64,000 nucleotides of DNA. Source: Folioceros fuciformis. Taxonomy: Eukaryota. The DNA is taken from contig JBNGIO010006336.1 of assembly GCA_049999805.1 (NCBI GenBank), positions 1 to 64,000 on the forward strand, read 5' to 3'. Made by a program: the position numbers and the translations under genes. The notes beneath the pieces were generated by a model, which saw only the letters and a list, made by a program, of their open reading frames with translations, had not been told where the DNA came from and made no database searches. This document shows positions 1-12,452 of this stretch, one piece after another (the stretch's first letter is position 1; every line of letters starts with the position of its first letter).

Positions 1-1357
1 TGCACCGACTGCTCTACAGTGATGAAGAAACGACGAGTGAAGTAACTAACAAGCAGAAGGGAGGCATTCCTGCAGGAGGCACAGCACTTTCGCAACACAA
101 TATGAACCACTTCCTCGCTTCATCAGTTTGTTCCGTTGTGTACATATTTCCCGAGTTTCCGAGCTGCTCAGTGCTACGCTGCGCTTTTGGACTCTGTGTA
201 TACCCTTTGCCTAGGCTCTACGGCACCGAGGATATCAAACGCAAAACAAACGTAAAATGCCAGGGCAACTGGGCAAATACGCTAGCAACCACTCTGTGCA
301 CATATTTTGTTTGATGTTTCATAAGCAGATGGATTAGTCAGTTAACCACTTATTTCAGCAACGGTTAGCTTGTGAGTTTGAAGCCATTCTGTTTAAGGGC
401 TTAATATGGCTTGCTTTTGAATGGTTCACCCTTTCTTCTCGCGGTTGCTGGCGGCAGGGAAAGGCAGCCTCGTTGGCCCCGGCCACCAGAACTCGGCGCT
501 CGCACTTCCACTTTCTGCCTTCTGCCCGTTGCTTTATTGCGCAGTACGTTTCCCCCCTTCAGCCTGCGTGCGCGCCTCGTCCTGGCAGGGGCCGGCCCCC
601 GCGCTTCGCGGTCGCCGAGTCTGGGGATGGCCGACTCAGAGTCGCGTCTGAGCCTCAGACGCGCGGGAGCCTAGTCGGAGGCCATGCTATGAGACAGGCG
701 GGAGGCATTCCGGCTCTCTTATGTCGCCGGCAATCCAGGGAATTCGGCTTCGTTGGGGTTGCAGAGATGAGGCATTGCAGGTCATTCCCATCTGATCACC
801 GTACGGCTGATACGTCGGAGGAGCGGATTGCATTTGCCGCGGCCATGGCGCAGACTTCCACGTTTTAGAATGTGGAAGGGGACAGAGATATGCGTGTACA
901 GAGTCTGTGCCTTGTCTCTTTCAATCTCGGCTTGAATCAACACATACCTGTGGAGGATTTCGATGATGGAGCTCTGATCCTTGCTGGCTACAGCATTTGA
1001 GGTAGAAAGTCTGCAATCTCAGAATCTTCGCTTTTGAGTGTGAACTTTGCGAGAACGGCAGATCTCCAGGTTTAGGAAGGTTGTGGCGTTCCCATACCGA
1101 CCAAGCTCGTAGGCGCTATTAGGTCTCCGAGGTGTCGTCATTACTGAGCGGAGGAAGTTGGCTTAGAAAGTTGTTGCTGTGGGTTTTGTAGCTTAAATGT
1201 ACACAGGCGGAGAAACACTTGATAGTTGTTTCCAAAATCAAGTCATTAGACAAACTTAAGTGAGAATTTGCACACGGCTCGAAAAGGATGCCTGGATGAG
1301 ACGAGAATGCGTAACCGCTGCGTTTTTGGTTTTCTGCCTGCCTGGCCTTACGCAGGA

Positions 1358-4300
1358 ATGGAGAATGCTGAATGGTGGTCGCAGCAAGGGTCTCTGGAGG
1401 GCTGTAAATGGGAGGAGCAGGAGGCGAAGAAGGCTGTTGATCGAGCCACCAAGTTCATGAAGGATGAGAAGTATCAGAAGGCCATATCTTTGCTGCAAAA
1501 GGCCGAACGGCTGTTCCCTGGTGTCAAAGGTCTGGCGGAGCTTATGGCCGTAGCAGAGGTTTGCTTGGCAGCCGCATGGGAACAGTGCACATGCCAAGCA
1601 AGGCCTCAAAGTAAAACTCCGGACTGGTACCGTGTGCTCAAGGTCACCTTTACTACCCCGAGCTGAAGCAATTCCCTCCCCTTCGGCCTTGATACTGTAT
1701 TGGATGTGCAGCTGCTTATGTTGGGGCCAGTGAGAAACACGTGGACCTGTCTTGCAGGTGGATGAGAAGGCAGATACGAGCGTCATCAAGAAACGATACC
1801 GCCAGCTTGGTAAGCCTATCTTATCCTTGATTTGAGATGTCGACGGCCTTCACTTCAATTTTGTGCGCTAGGGCACCGTAGACATCAACGATGTCTGAAT
1901 CTTTAGTGGTTTGGGATTCCCGTCGTGCAGTAGGTAGACTCGGGTGGTACTTTTCTGGGGAGGTTTGTAGTGGTTGTGATGGAGGTAGGCGTTTGGATTT
2001 TGTATGGTTTTCAGTCTTAGATGTAGGAAATCCTGCTGAAACAGTATTTGGCACCGTGGTCGTCACTGAGTTTCAGTATGACGTCTTGTTGTGCTCGACC
2101 ATACAAGGTACTCATAAATGTCCATGCATCATGTAATGTTACCATGTGCCAGCTCTGTTGCTGCATCCAGATAAGAATAAGCATGTCAAAGCTGAGGCAG
2201 CATTTAAGCTTGTTTCCGAGGTAAATCTGTGGTGAGCATATATTTGCTGGGCACTTATTAGATACCTTGTGAACCGAGGTAATGTTTAAAAAGTGTGGCT
2301 GATGTCGATGCTGATTGGCAGGCATATGCTTGCCTATCGGACAAGTACAAACGTAATTTATACACACTCGGAAGGTCGAAGGCTAGGTGCAAGAGGTGTG
2401 TACTGACCAGTCGTATGCAATCACCTACTCCATCGTTTGGGTACTTTCAGGAACATCAGCAGAAAGTGTCAGTTCAACAGAAGCCACAGGCACCAGCTAT
2501 AGCAAAGCAAAGCCCTTCTGAGTGGAAATCGGATGCTGAAAAGCTGCAAATGTTCCGGGAGAGGGCAAGGGCAAGGGTATCTTCTCTGGAACACGCTTGG
2601 GACGCTAGGAATTCCAAGTGGAACGCCCGAGAAAGGGCTAAAGGGGATCGAGGTTCTATCGAGACTTGCCGAGAGCAGCGATCTGATAAAGCAGATTGCT
2701 TTTCAGACTTGAGACAACAGCTAGAACAGATGGAGAGAGACTCTAGACAGGGCATGCGAGACAACTACAATTGGAGGGCCTTAGGTAGGCAACCCCAGAG
2801 TGCAGAAGGGAAAACCGGAGATAGAACGTTCACCAACTTGAAGGAAGTAGGAAGGCAGAAGAGGAAAGAGAAACCAAATGTCTCACAGAGCTTGGATGAT
2901 TTGCTGAACATGTTGCGAGCAGAGAGCTCAGCGTATGGAAGAAGGGGCTATGTCTGTAGTCGTGTAGAATCCAGAAATGGGACGAAGGAAGACGCCATAA
3001 CACCAAGGAATCGTGATCGTGATATTACTGTCGAGACAGGATCGACTTCGCATGTGGACCAACACGGCCGTCCGACTTGGTCACCAGGCAATGGAGAGGC
3101 TCCCATTTCTGACAGTGCTGCAGCTGCTGATCTCCATGCTCGAGCCATCGACAAATTTTTGGCTGACCTGGTCCGCTCAGTTGACCGTGCAGCTATGGAA
3201 GAGGTCCCGGAGGAAGAGGGGATTTTGGAGGACCACTGCTTCCAGAGCATAGATGCATCGGACAAGAGCCAGCAATCCTCAGCCCGTTCACCATCAGCGG
3301 AATTTGCCTGTTTCACATCGGGGACTTCGCAATGGAGTAACAAAAGTCCTGGGAGTGGGGATAGCGCTACAGAGTCCCCCAAGGATGATGATATAGAGGA
3401 CTGGAGCGGATCGTACAAGCAAGAGTTCGAGGAGAACTTGGCGTCTTTCTCCGAAGAAAATGTTTGTACTTGCAGTTTGGCGAGGGGAGAGCGCTCGCAA
3501 CCATTTGGCTTCAACCCGGTTTGCTCCGAGCCCAATTTCTCAGACCGCTTTGAGAAGGAAGGAGATAATCTATTTGCGAGCAACCTTGGGGAATGCAGAA
3601 GAAGAGAAATTCTAGAAGATATGGATACCACGATTGAAGTGAACACAGCTGCCGCCGCACAGTCACCAGCAATGAACATTCCTGTGGTGCAGGATGCTGG
3701 CGAACCTGTCGCTGAGAGCCCGTTCCGGTTTGGGAGTTTTTCCAATCTGGCAAAAGAAGATACAACCGCTGCCAGCATCTCCGGCCCAACAACTTCCGGC
3801 ACAGGTCGGGCACCAGAAACATGTGAGTTTAGGGATGGAGGGGTCAGTAAGATCAGAATACCGAGTATGCATGCCGCTAATGATGGGGTGACTTCCAGAC
3901 GTGTCTTGCCTCCCTCACGTAGTTCTCTCTACTCAAAGCATCTTCCAGCTAGGACATGCGATGTATTCGATTCTCAGGCAGGTGTCCGACAATGGGAAAG
4001 TCAGTTATGTAGATCACCTGGTGTCCACACACTTGGCACTGGTCGTCTTTCGGAACCCCATGGTGCTAGTTGTCCACTGAATGGAGAGACTGAGATTGTA
4101 GATGCATTTCTTCAGAGTAATGAGTCAATTGGATTCAGAGAACCTTCACCAAGGTCTGCAGCCGGCAGTCTGCATGTCACACAGGGAAGTGAGAGGCTCC
4201 AGGAAAGCTCCGCGGAAGGCAAAATTGAGAGCCGGCAGGCTGGGAAGGATTCTTGGAACTCTTACGACCTGGACCGTGAGCAGACAATCATGAGAGAGCA

Positions 4301-4576
4301 CAAGGAGGTGTGAGTTTTCCCTGTTGCTATGTCAGCCTTGATTTGCATCATGGCGGAGTGTCGTCGTCCTCACCACACGAGCTCAAACTCAATAGTGTGT
4401 TTGTGCAGAAATCAGACCAGCTGCTTAAGACGTTGGAGCGCCTAAGAGAGGAAGCCAAGTCTGTGGCGGCGACTCTAGACAACCTCAGGCGCACTGTGGG
4501 AACAGACGCAGACGTCGGTAGCAGCAGCCATTTCGTGAACAGTTGCCATCCGGCAGCTCAGAGCCTGGTCGCCTGA
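1358..4576 (+). CDS. J-domain (DnaJ/Hsp40 type III) protein with long low-complexity middle region and C-terminal coiled coil; 5 exons (approx. 1358-1642, 1758-1809, 2153-2220, 2322-4307, 4409-4576)
   Basis: GT-AG splicing gives ...DWYRVLK|VDEKADTSVIKKRYRQL|ALLLHPDKNKHVKAEAAFKLVSE|AYACLSD..., a complete J domain with the HPD motif. The N-terminus (EAKKAVDRA...AERLFPGVKGLAELMAVAEV) is typical of plant J proteins. All exon phases are compatible. Confidence 0.9.
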
Positions 4577-5281
4577 TGTCCACTGTTCATTATCGTGCGT
4601 GCGGGCAAAGGTTGCCAGCAAATAATCAAGGCTCCTTGTACCCCGTTCCTCCTTGTCTGTAAACTTCGCACCTTGGGTTAAGCCGCCGCACAGGAGCCGA
4701 TGCACATTCCAGTTGTTGGTTTGTGTGTACAAGGGAGAAGCGGAAGAAGTCTCTCTTGTGTTTTGTGGGCCTCGTCTGAATTTTGGTTGTCGTGGACGCC
4801 TAACGAATTTACCCCAACCGCAAACTGATTGCAGACCTGGGTGTGTGGGAGAAAGACACTTGGTAAAGTTCCTTCAATTGCCCGTGGAGGAGCGCCATGT
4901 GATTTTTGAGCAAGCTTACTGTATGTAGATGGTCGAATGCAAATGCACAGAACTGCGGATGTTATGCACAAGTCCGAGCTCGTTCCTCTGCTTTCTGGGT
5001 TAAAATACAAATTTTCCATTTTCCTATTTTCGTTACACGTACCCAGTGAGAAGTCTCAATTTAAGACTGGTCGTAATATGGGATGATAGTTGAAAAACAA
5101 GTTGGCCCCTACGTCATACAAAAAAAAACCATGAACCTTGTCACCCACACTAAGCATTTGTCTCTACTCATACAAAAATGAGGCATTTGAAAGAAATCTC
5201 AAGTCAGTGCACACTGGATGGAACCAGGCAGGCGGTATCATATCCCATATAACAAGCTTCCTCCGTATCATGATTCCAGTA

Positions 5282-5400
5282 CAAGAAGCAGATGAGCGCA
5301 GAGCTCTTTCTTCAAGGAGCAAGAGGCAGATGAGCGCAGAGCTCTTTCTTCAAGGAGAAAGAGGCAGATGAGCGCAGAGCTCTTTCTTCAAGGAGCAAGA
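5282..5400. repeat. 3x tandem 38-bp repeat overlapping the stop codon of the DUF579 gene
   Basis: The unit gcagatgagcgcagagctctttcttcaaggagcaagag starts at 5288, 5326 and 5364. Confidence 0.95.
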
Positions 5401-6392
5401 TTTTTTTTTCTGTTCTTCTTCGTCTTCTTGTGGGGGTTGGCTAGCTCCTGAGCCTTCCCCGCTGAAGGGCAGAAACTGTCGCCGGTGCTGGGGTAGAGAT
5501 GGAAATGCCACAGTCTGTGCACACCGTCCACCCTGTTCTCCGCGCAAAGAAACTCCTCAGCAAAGGTCCTCTCCACGATCCGGTCCACGTCGTGTAGCAT
5601 GATATCAGTGTAATTGGCACCAGCAGTGGATGTCCTCTGCTTGGCCATAACTGCCATGGTGAAGATGGCGCCCATCCTGCCAGGAGCCTCGTTGAAGTAG
5701 CCTCTGGGAGCGTCTATCATGATGACATCCCACTGCACGTTCTGCACAACCTTGGGGAGGTTTGTGATGGTCAACCTACAGCGGGAGGAGGGAATGTGCT
5801 GCGAGGGCCTGCAAACCCCAGCCCTCTCCACCCTGGAATGCTGCAGCAAGTCGTTGCTGTTCTGCAGTTGCGTGGTGTAGTTCATGTGATAGGCCTCCAG
5901 CCCCGGATGCCTTCGCTGCATATCCGTCACCCAAGACGCCGTCTCCTCCAAGAACACGGTCCGACCGCCGTGGTTCAGCGTCTTCCACATCAAGCTGTCG
6001 TACCCCAAGCCGAAGACAAGAAAATTGCAAGGCGCCCGCGCCGCCAGGACCTTGAGCGTGATGAGAATCTCCTCCCTGCTCTGCTGCGGCATGTCTTTCG
6101 ACTTGGCGTACGACACAATCGCCATCGCAACATCTTCCGGCAGCCCGCCTACCCTCCCGGGCCCCGCAAACCCGCGGCCTAGAACCAGGTCCCGCGCCAC
6201 CCCCAATTGCCACCCGTTGGAGTACCACACCACGAACAAGATGAACACCCCAAGCAAAAATGACAGCAAGATCCGTTTCGACCTCGAACCCGCCTTGTGC
6301 AACACCCCCAGCATGTCGCGCGGTATGGCACGGCGCATCAACGACTCAACCAAACCGCTGAATCCTCCCTTCTCCACCTCCGGCCTGTCCAT
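5388..6392 (-). CDS. DUF579 polysaccharide O-methyltransferase (GXM/AGM/IRX15 family), single exon, type II membrane protein
   Basis: N-terminal TM helix (ILLSFLLGVFILFVVWY). Motifs PQQS..EI, APCNFLVFGLG..SLMW..LNHGGRTVFLEE, WDVIMIDAPRGY..EAPGRM.AIF, HDVDR.VE..F..EFLC and LWHF. First ATG is at 6392. Confidence 0.93.
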   Translation of the reverse strand: MDRPEVEKGGFSGLVESLMRRAIPRDMLGVLHKAGSRSKRILLSFLLGVFILFVVWYSNGWQLGVARDLVLGRGFAGPGRVGGLPEDVAMAIVSYAKSKDMPQQSREEILITLKVLAARAPCNFLVFGLGYDSLMWKTLNHGGRTVFLEETASWVTDMQRRHPGLEAYHMNYTTQLQNSNDLLQHSRVERAGVCRPSQHIPSSRCRLTITNLPKVVQNVQWDVIMIDAPRGYFNEAPGRMGAIFTMAVMAKQRTSTAGANYTDIMLHDVDRIVERTFAEEFLCAENRVDGVHRLWHFHLYPSTGDSFCPSAGKAQELANPHKKTKKNRKKNLAP

Positions 6393-7066
6393 CCCGCTCT
6401 GCCTCAACACTGAAGCCGGCGCCCATACACCCTGTGCACACCCCGAGAGTCACTCCCACATAACCAACCTTGCTCGCATCCTTCTCCATCGCATGCACGA
6501 ATGAACCACATCTTCCCAAACACAGCGACAGCACAAGAAAAAAAAAAAAACAAGACTGGAATCTCACGGCTCACGCCACGCACGAGCTCTCACTGCCGCG
6601 GGAAAACCAACCTGCAAACCGCCATCGCACGTGCTGTTGTTGGAACACTCCGGGGTTGGAACTCGGGCGACGTCTCCAACGCACCAATTCGCAATCCGCG
6701 TTCCCTTCCCACCACAGTCTTTTTCACATGAACAAACACTTTACACCCCGAGGTACCGGACCACTCGGAGTTTCCATTTCCCTGTCTCCCACCCACTTCA
6801 CCCAGCCCGTCAGAACGACGTTTGGACGTGCGTCAGGCGGAGCCCCGTTCCACGCAGTCCATTAGATTTACTTGTCCACTTTTCGTTGCCACCAAACAAC
6901 CTGTTAACAGCATTTAAATACCAGACCGACCCTACTGTGCTGTATACACTCTACACAGGTATCATACCTTTCCATATGCAACAACACAGCCCTATACTTC
7001 ACACCGGTGCCGTGCGGGACACGGCCCGAACCACGTCTCGAGACGTGGTTTTGCTCCCATGAATCG

Positions 7067-7153
7067 CCCGCGGCTATGGCGGCCAGTACTGGACCTTCTG
7101 CCGTGTGCTCCCGCGGCTATGGCGGCCAGTACTGAACCTTCTGCCGTGTGCTC
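7067..7153. repeat. 2x 43-bp tandem duplication
   Basis: cccgcggctatggcggccagtactg(g/a)accttctgccgtgtgct occurs at 7067 and 7110. Confidence 0.9.
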
Positions 7154-7504
7154 CTCCCGTGGAGCGCTGATCTGGACGGACAGCAGCTTGGAAAGCGTTG
7201 TGACACGGCCATCTGCCACTGCCATCTGTATCGCGCGGCGCAGTTCGCGAATGAATGCTGCGACTGCGACGGCAACTGTCAAGGATTTCAAAGCGGCAGA
7301 AGAGGCGAGGGTTCAACACATTGACAGCATGGTGAGAAGGAGAAGGACAAGAAGAGGGGAGGGTCTGAGAGATCATAGAGGCTGATATTCACGGAGGCCT
7401 GAAGAAGCATCACCTCGGGCTCCGCCCTAAAATATGACACCACGATAGATAAATGGCGTCCGGGAAAGGGACCGTCTTGCAGCCCAAATCTGCATGCCGT
7501 GGGG

Positions 7505-8959
7505 ATGAGAGTTGCCATGGCGGAGCCGAGCAGCCGCGGGAAGATGCGGAAGGCAGCAGAAGAGGTTGATGAGGTGGTGGCGTGGTGCCGGCTACCGGAT
7601 GATATCCTGACGCAGGTGCTGCTATGTCTGCCCATGCGGGACCTGCTGCGAGCTGCCGCCGTCTGCTCGCGCTGGTGCAGCATCACCAAGGCACCTGCAT
7701 TCCGCGCCTCCTGGTCGCAGATGGTGCAGCACAGGGAGACTTACTACCTGCCCTACCTAGCCTCAGCGTCTCCGCCGACTATCTGTCTGGCGTTCAGCCC
7801 TGCGGAGCAACGCTGGCTGTCCATGCCGGATCTCAGCTTCCTCTATCCTTCTGTCAGCTTCTTCTGCACCTCCACTGGTAGGGTTTGTCGTCTGTGGTTG
7901 TTGTTGTTGTTTTTTGCTGAGCGTGAGCTTGAGGTACCACAAGACCGCACTTGTTGCATCCACGCACCTCCCCTGTCGTCGGCGGCTGCGTCTTTTGATC
8001 CTGGTCCGCATGGCGATCAGGCGTGTTCGAGTCCATTCACCGAGGCCTCTTCTGCAAGTGGAACTACCTGAAGACGAGTCCGGCTTTGGTCGTATGCAAT
8101 CCTGTCACCAGGCAATGCCGCACGCTGCCTCCTCTGGAGGCGGAGAGGAATCACAAAGCCGAGTACTGCTCCACGCACCTGCGCGTGGCCGAGGATGGTA
8201 ATTCTTTTACTGTCATTGTGGTGAAGAGTTGTGGAGACACCCTACAGGTGTGGAATTTCGATTCTGTTTCCAATTCCTGGACGCTTTGGTTCTGCTCCTC
8301 CTCCGAAGGCCTCTCCTTGATCAACTATGGCAACAGCGTCTATCGAGACGGCCTCATCTATATTGTCGGACGAAACTCGAACTCGGAGTGCGCACCATAG
8401 TTGACCCCTTTTTGCTTCTCTCCGGATCCGTGTTTGTTCCAGGAGATGGGTTTTTTGCTGACCGGGTAACTCGTGCAGGAGTGACGACTGCCCAAACTAC
8501 AGCCTGTTTTCGTACAACGTGCGAGCTTGTGCGTGGAGCAAGGTCTGCGAGCTCCCTGAAGACGAGAAGCTCCCCATGTTGGTAGAGTGTGCGTCTGGGA
8601 TAATGGTGGTCACTTCCAATACCTTGGTTTACCGGAAGGGCCTGACTGTGTACAATCTCGACTCGTGGTCCGGTCACCTTGACGAGATTGCGCAGATGCC
8701 GGTTGAGTTTGACCGGTTCTGGAAGTGCTTTCACTCCGAGTACCAAATGTGCTTCCTGCATCCTGTGGGCCTGGGGGATTTGATCTGCTTCCCCACTTTC
8801 TCGTCTAAGCAGGCTTTGATATTCAACACCACGTTAGATACCTGGAGCTATTGGCCAAGCGGGCCATTTAACTGGCCTGACAGGCCTCAAGACAGGCAGA
8901 ATACTGCCACAATTCCCCCGCTGTGGTTTCCGGTGAGCTTAAGCTTTCTGAAACCCTGA
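7505..8959 (+). CDS. F-box protein with kelch/FBA-like C-terminal domain; 3 exons (7505-7877, 8021-8387, 8479-8959)
   Basis: F-box WCRLPDDILTQVLLCLPMRDLLRAAAVCSRWCSI, followed by AF.P...RW, GLFC, LVVCNPVTRQCRTLPPL and W..V.ELP motifs. Three ORFs join in phase through GT-AG introns at 7878-8020 and 8388-8478. Confidence 0.88.
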
Positions 8960-9206
8960 ATTTCATTATCTTAACGGCAGATGGACCGGAGGACTCATAT
9001 TGAGTCGTAGGGCGTTAGCAGTGTGAGTACTTTTTCTTGAAATTATAATGGTTTCTAAGTAGATTAAATATGGCTTTATACCTTATATGTAGATCAATTT
9101 AAGAAAGTGAATTAATATTAAAATACTCTACGTAATCGGCCCCACTGTTTTGCTGTGCACGTCTCATTGTGCAGGAAAGGAAGAGCTACATTATGGCGTA
9201 CCAAAC

Positions 9207-9380
9207 TGGAGGGAACACAAAACATTATGGCATTCCAAAGTGGAGGGAACACGAATGGCCCTCCAAAGTTTGGAAGGAACACGAATGGCCCTCCAAAGTT
9301 TGGAGGGAACACGAATGGCCTTCCAAAGTTTGGAGGGAACACGAATGGCCCTCCAAAGTTTGGAGGGAACACGAATGGCC
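9207..9380. repeat. 30-bp palindromic minisatellite (about 5 copies plus a degenerate copy)
   Basis: The unit tggagggaacacgaatggccctccaaagtt starts at 9241, 9271, 9301, 9331 and 9361 (partial). There are no spacers. Confidence 0.95.
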
Positions 9381-9441
9381 GCTTTGGGCCTGGGCACGAA
9401 GTTTTAGCTGTTGGAAAAAAATTCCAAACCGGCCATTCAAG

Positions 9442-9826
9442 CCTTTGCAAGGAAATATGGGTATGATTTAGTAAAACGGCCATCCGGACCTTTGCAAGGA
9501 AATATGGGTACGATCTAGTAAAACGTGAACACCAGCCAAAACCGCGAACTAGAGTCTAGCACTAGGGCCGGTGGGCACAGTTGGGATGGTTTCTGGATGA
9601 AGTGCACAGCTATGAGGTCTTGGTGAAACCATGGGCCTTGATACTGGTATATAGGTAGTATTAAACTAATGTGGGCAAGCCGAGGCCCATTCTTGGAGGT
9701 AGCGTGCTTGATGCATGTGAGCTGAAGCTAATTGTTGTAGGTAACGTGCTTGATGTGTAGGGGCTGAGGCCCATTCTAGTAGGTGGCAAGAAAGGGCTGA
9801 GGCCCATTCTAGTAGGTGGCAAGAAA
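9442..9826. repeat. Two further short direct duplications in an AT-richer intergenic block (probable TE remnant)
   Basis: cctttgcaaggaaatatgggta.gat.tagtaaaacg occurs at about 9442 and 9489. gggctgaggcccattctagtaggtggcaagaaa occurs at about 9761 and 9794. Confidence 0.75.
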
Positions 9827-10488
9827 GCAGCTAGCCATGAGGAATTCATAGCAATTGGCTGAGAAGAAACCGAGCTTTACTTGGTTTCTTTAGCAATTAA
9901 ACCCATGAGAACGAAGACTTTGCTTGATTTCTTTAGCAATGAGCACGTCCTCAGCCCAAGGTTGTTGAAAATCATATTATTTGTAAAGTGTCTTGCAAGA
10001 TGTGGTGATGACTACAAGCCTCAACCTAAACCCTAGTTATGATCGCCACAATGTGTGATGGCTGAGCCTGGCAGCGCCGGGGCCTTCTGTGATGAAGCAA
10101 CCCCAAAGAAACCCTAACCCGTCGAAGCCCGATGGATGAATGTAAAATGATATTGAATGTCTGAGAATTATCTTTAGAAAAAAAAACTCTTAAAACATAT
10201 GTGTGTTCGAGGTGATATGCTTCTGTCAATGGGTTTATATTCCTTTTAAGTTCTAGGGAAGGTGAAATTGTAAGTAGCCTGGCGGGAGGTGCAAAGCAAG
10301 ACAACAAAAACACTAAATTCCATTTGTAAATCTCTCCTATACCTGTGCCAAATCCTGTTGCAAGGCCACAAGGCCACATCCACCAATGGGGACCCATCGT
10401 AACGATTTTCCCACCTTGTAACCTCCGGTGTACGTTCAGAGAAACCTCCACGAAACGAGTGCCTTTTTTTTTAAGGTAGAAGAGTGAT

Positions 10489-12244
10489 TTACTTATGGGG
10501 TTGTTTCCTCTTCCTTCCGTTGTATGCTGCAGCATAAGTTGAGTGAACAAACGGGGAGTTCGACAGCTCCCGAGGGATGGGGGTTTTGGATGCCCTAAGA
10601 ATATCAATCAGACCTCTGAAAAGAGCCTTGTCGTCGTTGTTGATGAACGCAAATGCTGAGCCAGGCTTATTCATGCGAGACGCCCTGCCTATCTGATGTA
10701 CATATTCTTCAAGAGAATGGGGCATGTCGAACACTATTACCTGACGGACCCGGAGAAGATCCAGACCACGACCGAGAACTCCTGTTGCTACTACCAAAGG
10801 GATCTCACCATCCAGAAACGATGCGAGGCTCTTCCTCCTCTCCTGCGTCGATTTCTCCCCGTGAACAGCGGCAGTTTTCAAGCCGGTGACTGTCTGCACC
10901 GATTCTGCCAGGAGTTCTGCCCCCGGCCTGCTATGCACAAACACCACAGCTGGCGGCATGAAGTGCTTGGGGCTGGCAAGAATGTCAAACAACTTCTTCT
11001 TCTTCTGATTGGATTCTACCCAGATGATCGTCTGGTTCACAGCGCTACTTGGTAGACCAGGGTTCCCCACAGACACTACAACGGGAGAATTTAGCAGCCC
11101 ATGAGAGAGCTTTGCAATGGCTTGAGATACGGTGGCCGAGAACATGAGAATTTGAGGCTGAGACAGCGCAAGCATCAGCTGCGTGACTTGGTCCAGAAAG
11201 CCCTGTTCCAACATGCAATCCACTTCATCCAGCACAAGCATGGAGATGTCCTCTAGCTCCACCGGATGCTTGGTTAGAAGATCGACGAGTCTTCCAGGTG
11301 TTCCCACTACCAGCTCCACCCCGTTCTCGATCCTGTACACCTGCTGAGGCAGAGCATCTCCTCCAACAACCAGGGCGGTTTTAAAGCGCAAACCCTTCGC
11401 CAACACCTTAGCTTGGTCTTCCACTTGCCCGCACAGTTCTCTAGTAGGCGTAAGCACCAGAGCCAAAGGCCTATTATCGTGGCGACACAGCTTCAGCATG
11501 CGGATCCTACAGCTTCTCTCAATGATTGGCAGCAAGTACGATAATGTCTTCCCTGCTCCGGTTGCCGCAGATACAAGCAAGTCTCGCCCAAGCAAAGCCG
11601 CAGGGATAGTCTGCATCTGCACAGGAGTCGGACTCTCGTATCCTGCCCGTTCCAGGTTCGCCTGAAGCAGCGGCAGAAACCTGCAGTCGCAGAAGGCCAG
11701 AACAGGGGCCGGAACATCACTCCCTTGCACATCGATGTCGCCTGCTTTCCTGAGCAAGTTGACCTGCTCCTCGTTCACTTGACTGCGCATGTCAGGCTGC
11801 CATCGCAACTGCGCTGCCCGGATTAGCACGGGGCCGGCCTGGTCTTTAACCCTGACGCACTCGTCAGGAAGCACAATTCTCCGGCCCGGCAAACAAGGCC
11901 CCGGCTCTGGCTCGGAGACACGAGGCAGAGGCGCCAGCGGATTCTCGGCTGGCGGAGCCGATGATTCTTTCCGCAAGCGTAGAACCACCTCCTTGCACTC
12001 CAAGCTGCAAACATCATCATCCGTCTCGTCACATATGTACTCTCCATACCGCTGGCAGACAACACAGCAAGGTTCCCCTGGAGCTGGACTCCTTTGATCG
12101 GCGCTCCTTGCAACGACGCCATCTGCAGCCAAGGAGGAAGCGCAGCTTCAGGCACGGTAAGGCAGGAAATCGCTCCCGCTAGAGCCGGCGAAGTCGAGAA
12201 AAGATAAACCAACTCAATCAACCTGACGACGGGGTTGAAAGCAT
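10489..12244 (-). CDS. RH41: DEAD-box RNA helicase with N-terminal zf-HIT (RH41/DDX59-like); 22-nt first exon (12244-12223) plus long exon (12122-10489)
   Basis: CVVCQRYGEYICDETDDDVCSLEC zinc finger, Q motif PTPVQ, ATGAGKT, PTREL, TPGRL, DEVD, SAT, RGLD and QIGRASR. The ORF-track start is TTG; an ATG exon MLSTPSS joins in phase through a 100-nt GT-AG intron at 12222-12123. Confidence 0.93.
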
Positions 12245-12452
12245 CTCGCTCCAGCTAGCCGCACAAGCGTTTTAGGGCTTCTTCACGCTCTCTGCTCCCA
12301 GAATCACTCTATGAGTGATGTACAATCTTCAGTATTCATGAACTATCGAGTCTAGATATGTAACCGACGGAGCTGGCTTACGGCGGATGTGAAGGTGAGG
12401 GAGGCCGTGAAGTGCGAGACCTTGTGCTAAGCTAGCAACCAAATCTATATCA

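Noticed and set aside
1-48. Possible 3' end of an upstream CDS (CTDCSTVMKKRRVK*)
   Set aside because: It is too short to support without the upstream sequence.
2948-3802. 284-aa antisense ORF (and similar antisense ORFs in the PPR, DUF579 and lipase genes)
   Set aside because: These are shadows of real coding sequence on the opposite strand with no motifs.
7878-8478. F-box gene as a frameshifted pseudogene (three ORFs)
   Set aside because: Two GT-AG introns restore a continuous frame.
9241-9380. Palindromic 30-bp repeats as a CRISPR array
   Set aside because: The units are contiguous with no unique spacers, there are no cas genes and the context is eukaryotic.
12130-12132. Non-AUG (TTG) start of the helicase
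   Set aside because: The TTG lies in the intron's polypyrimidine tract; an upstream ATG exon joins in phase.
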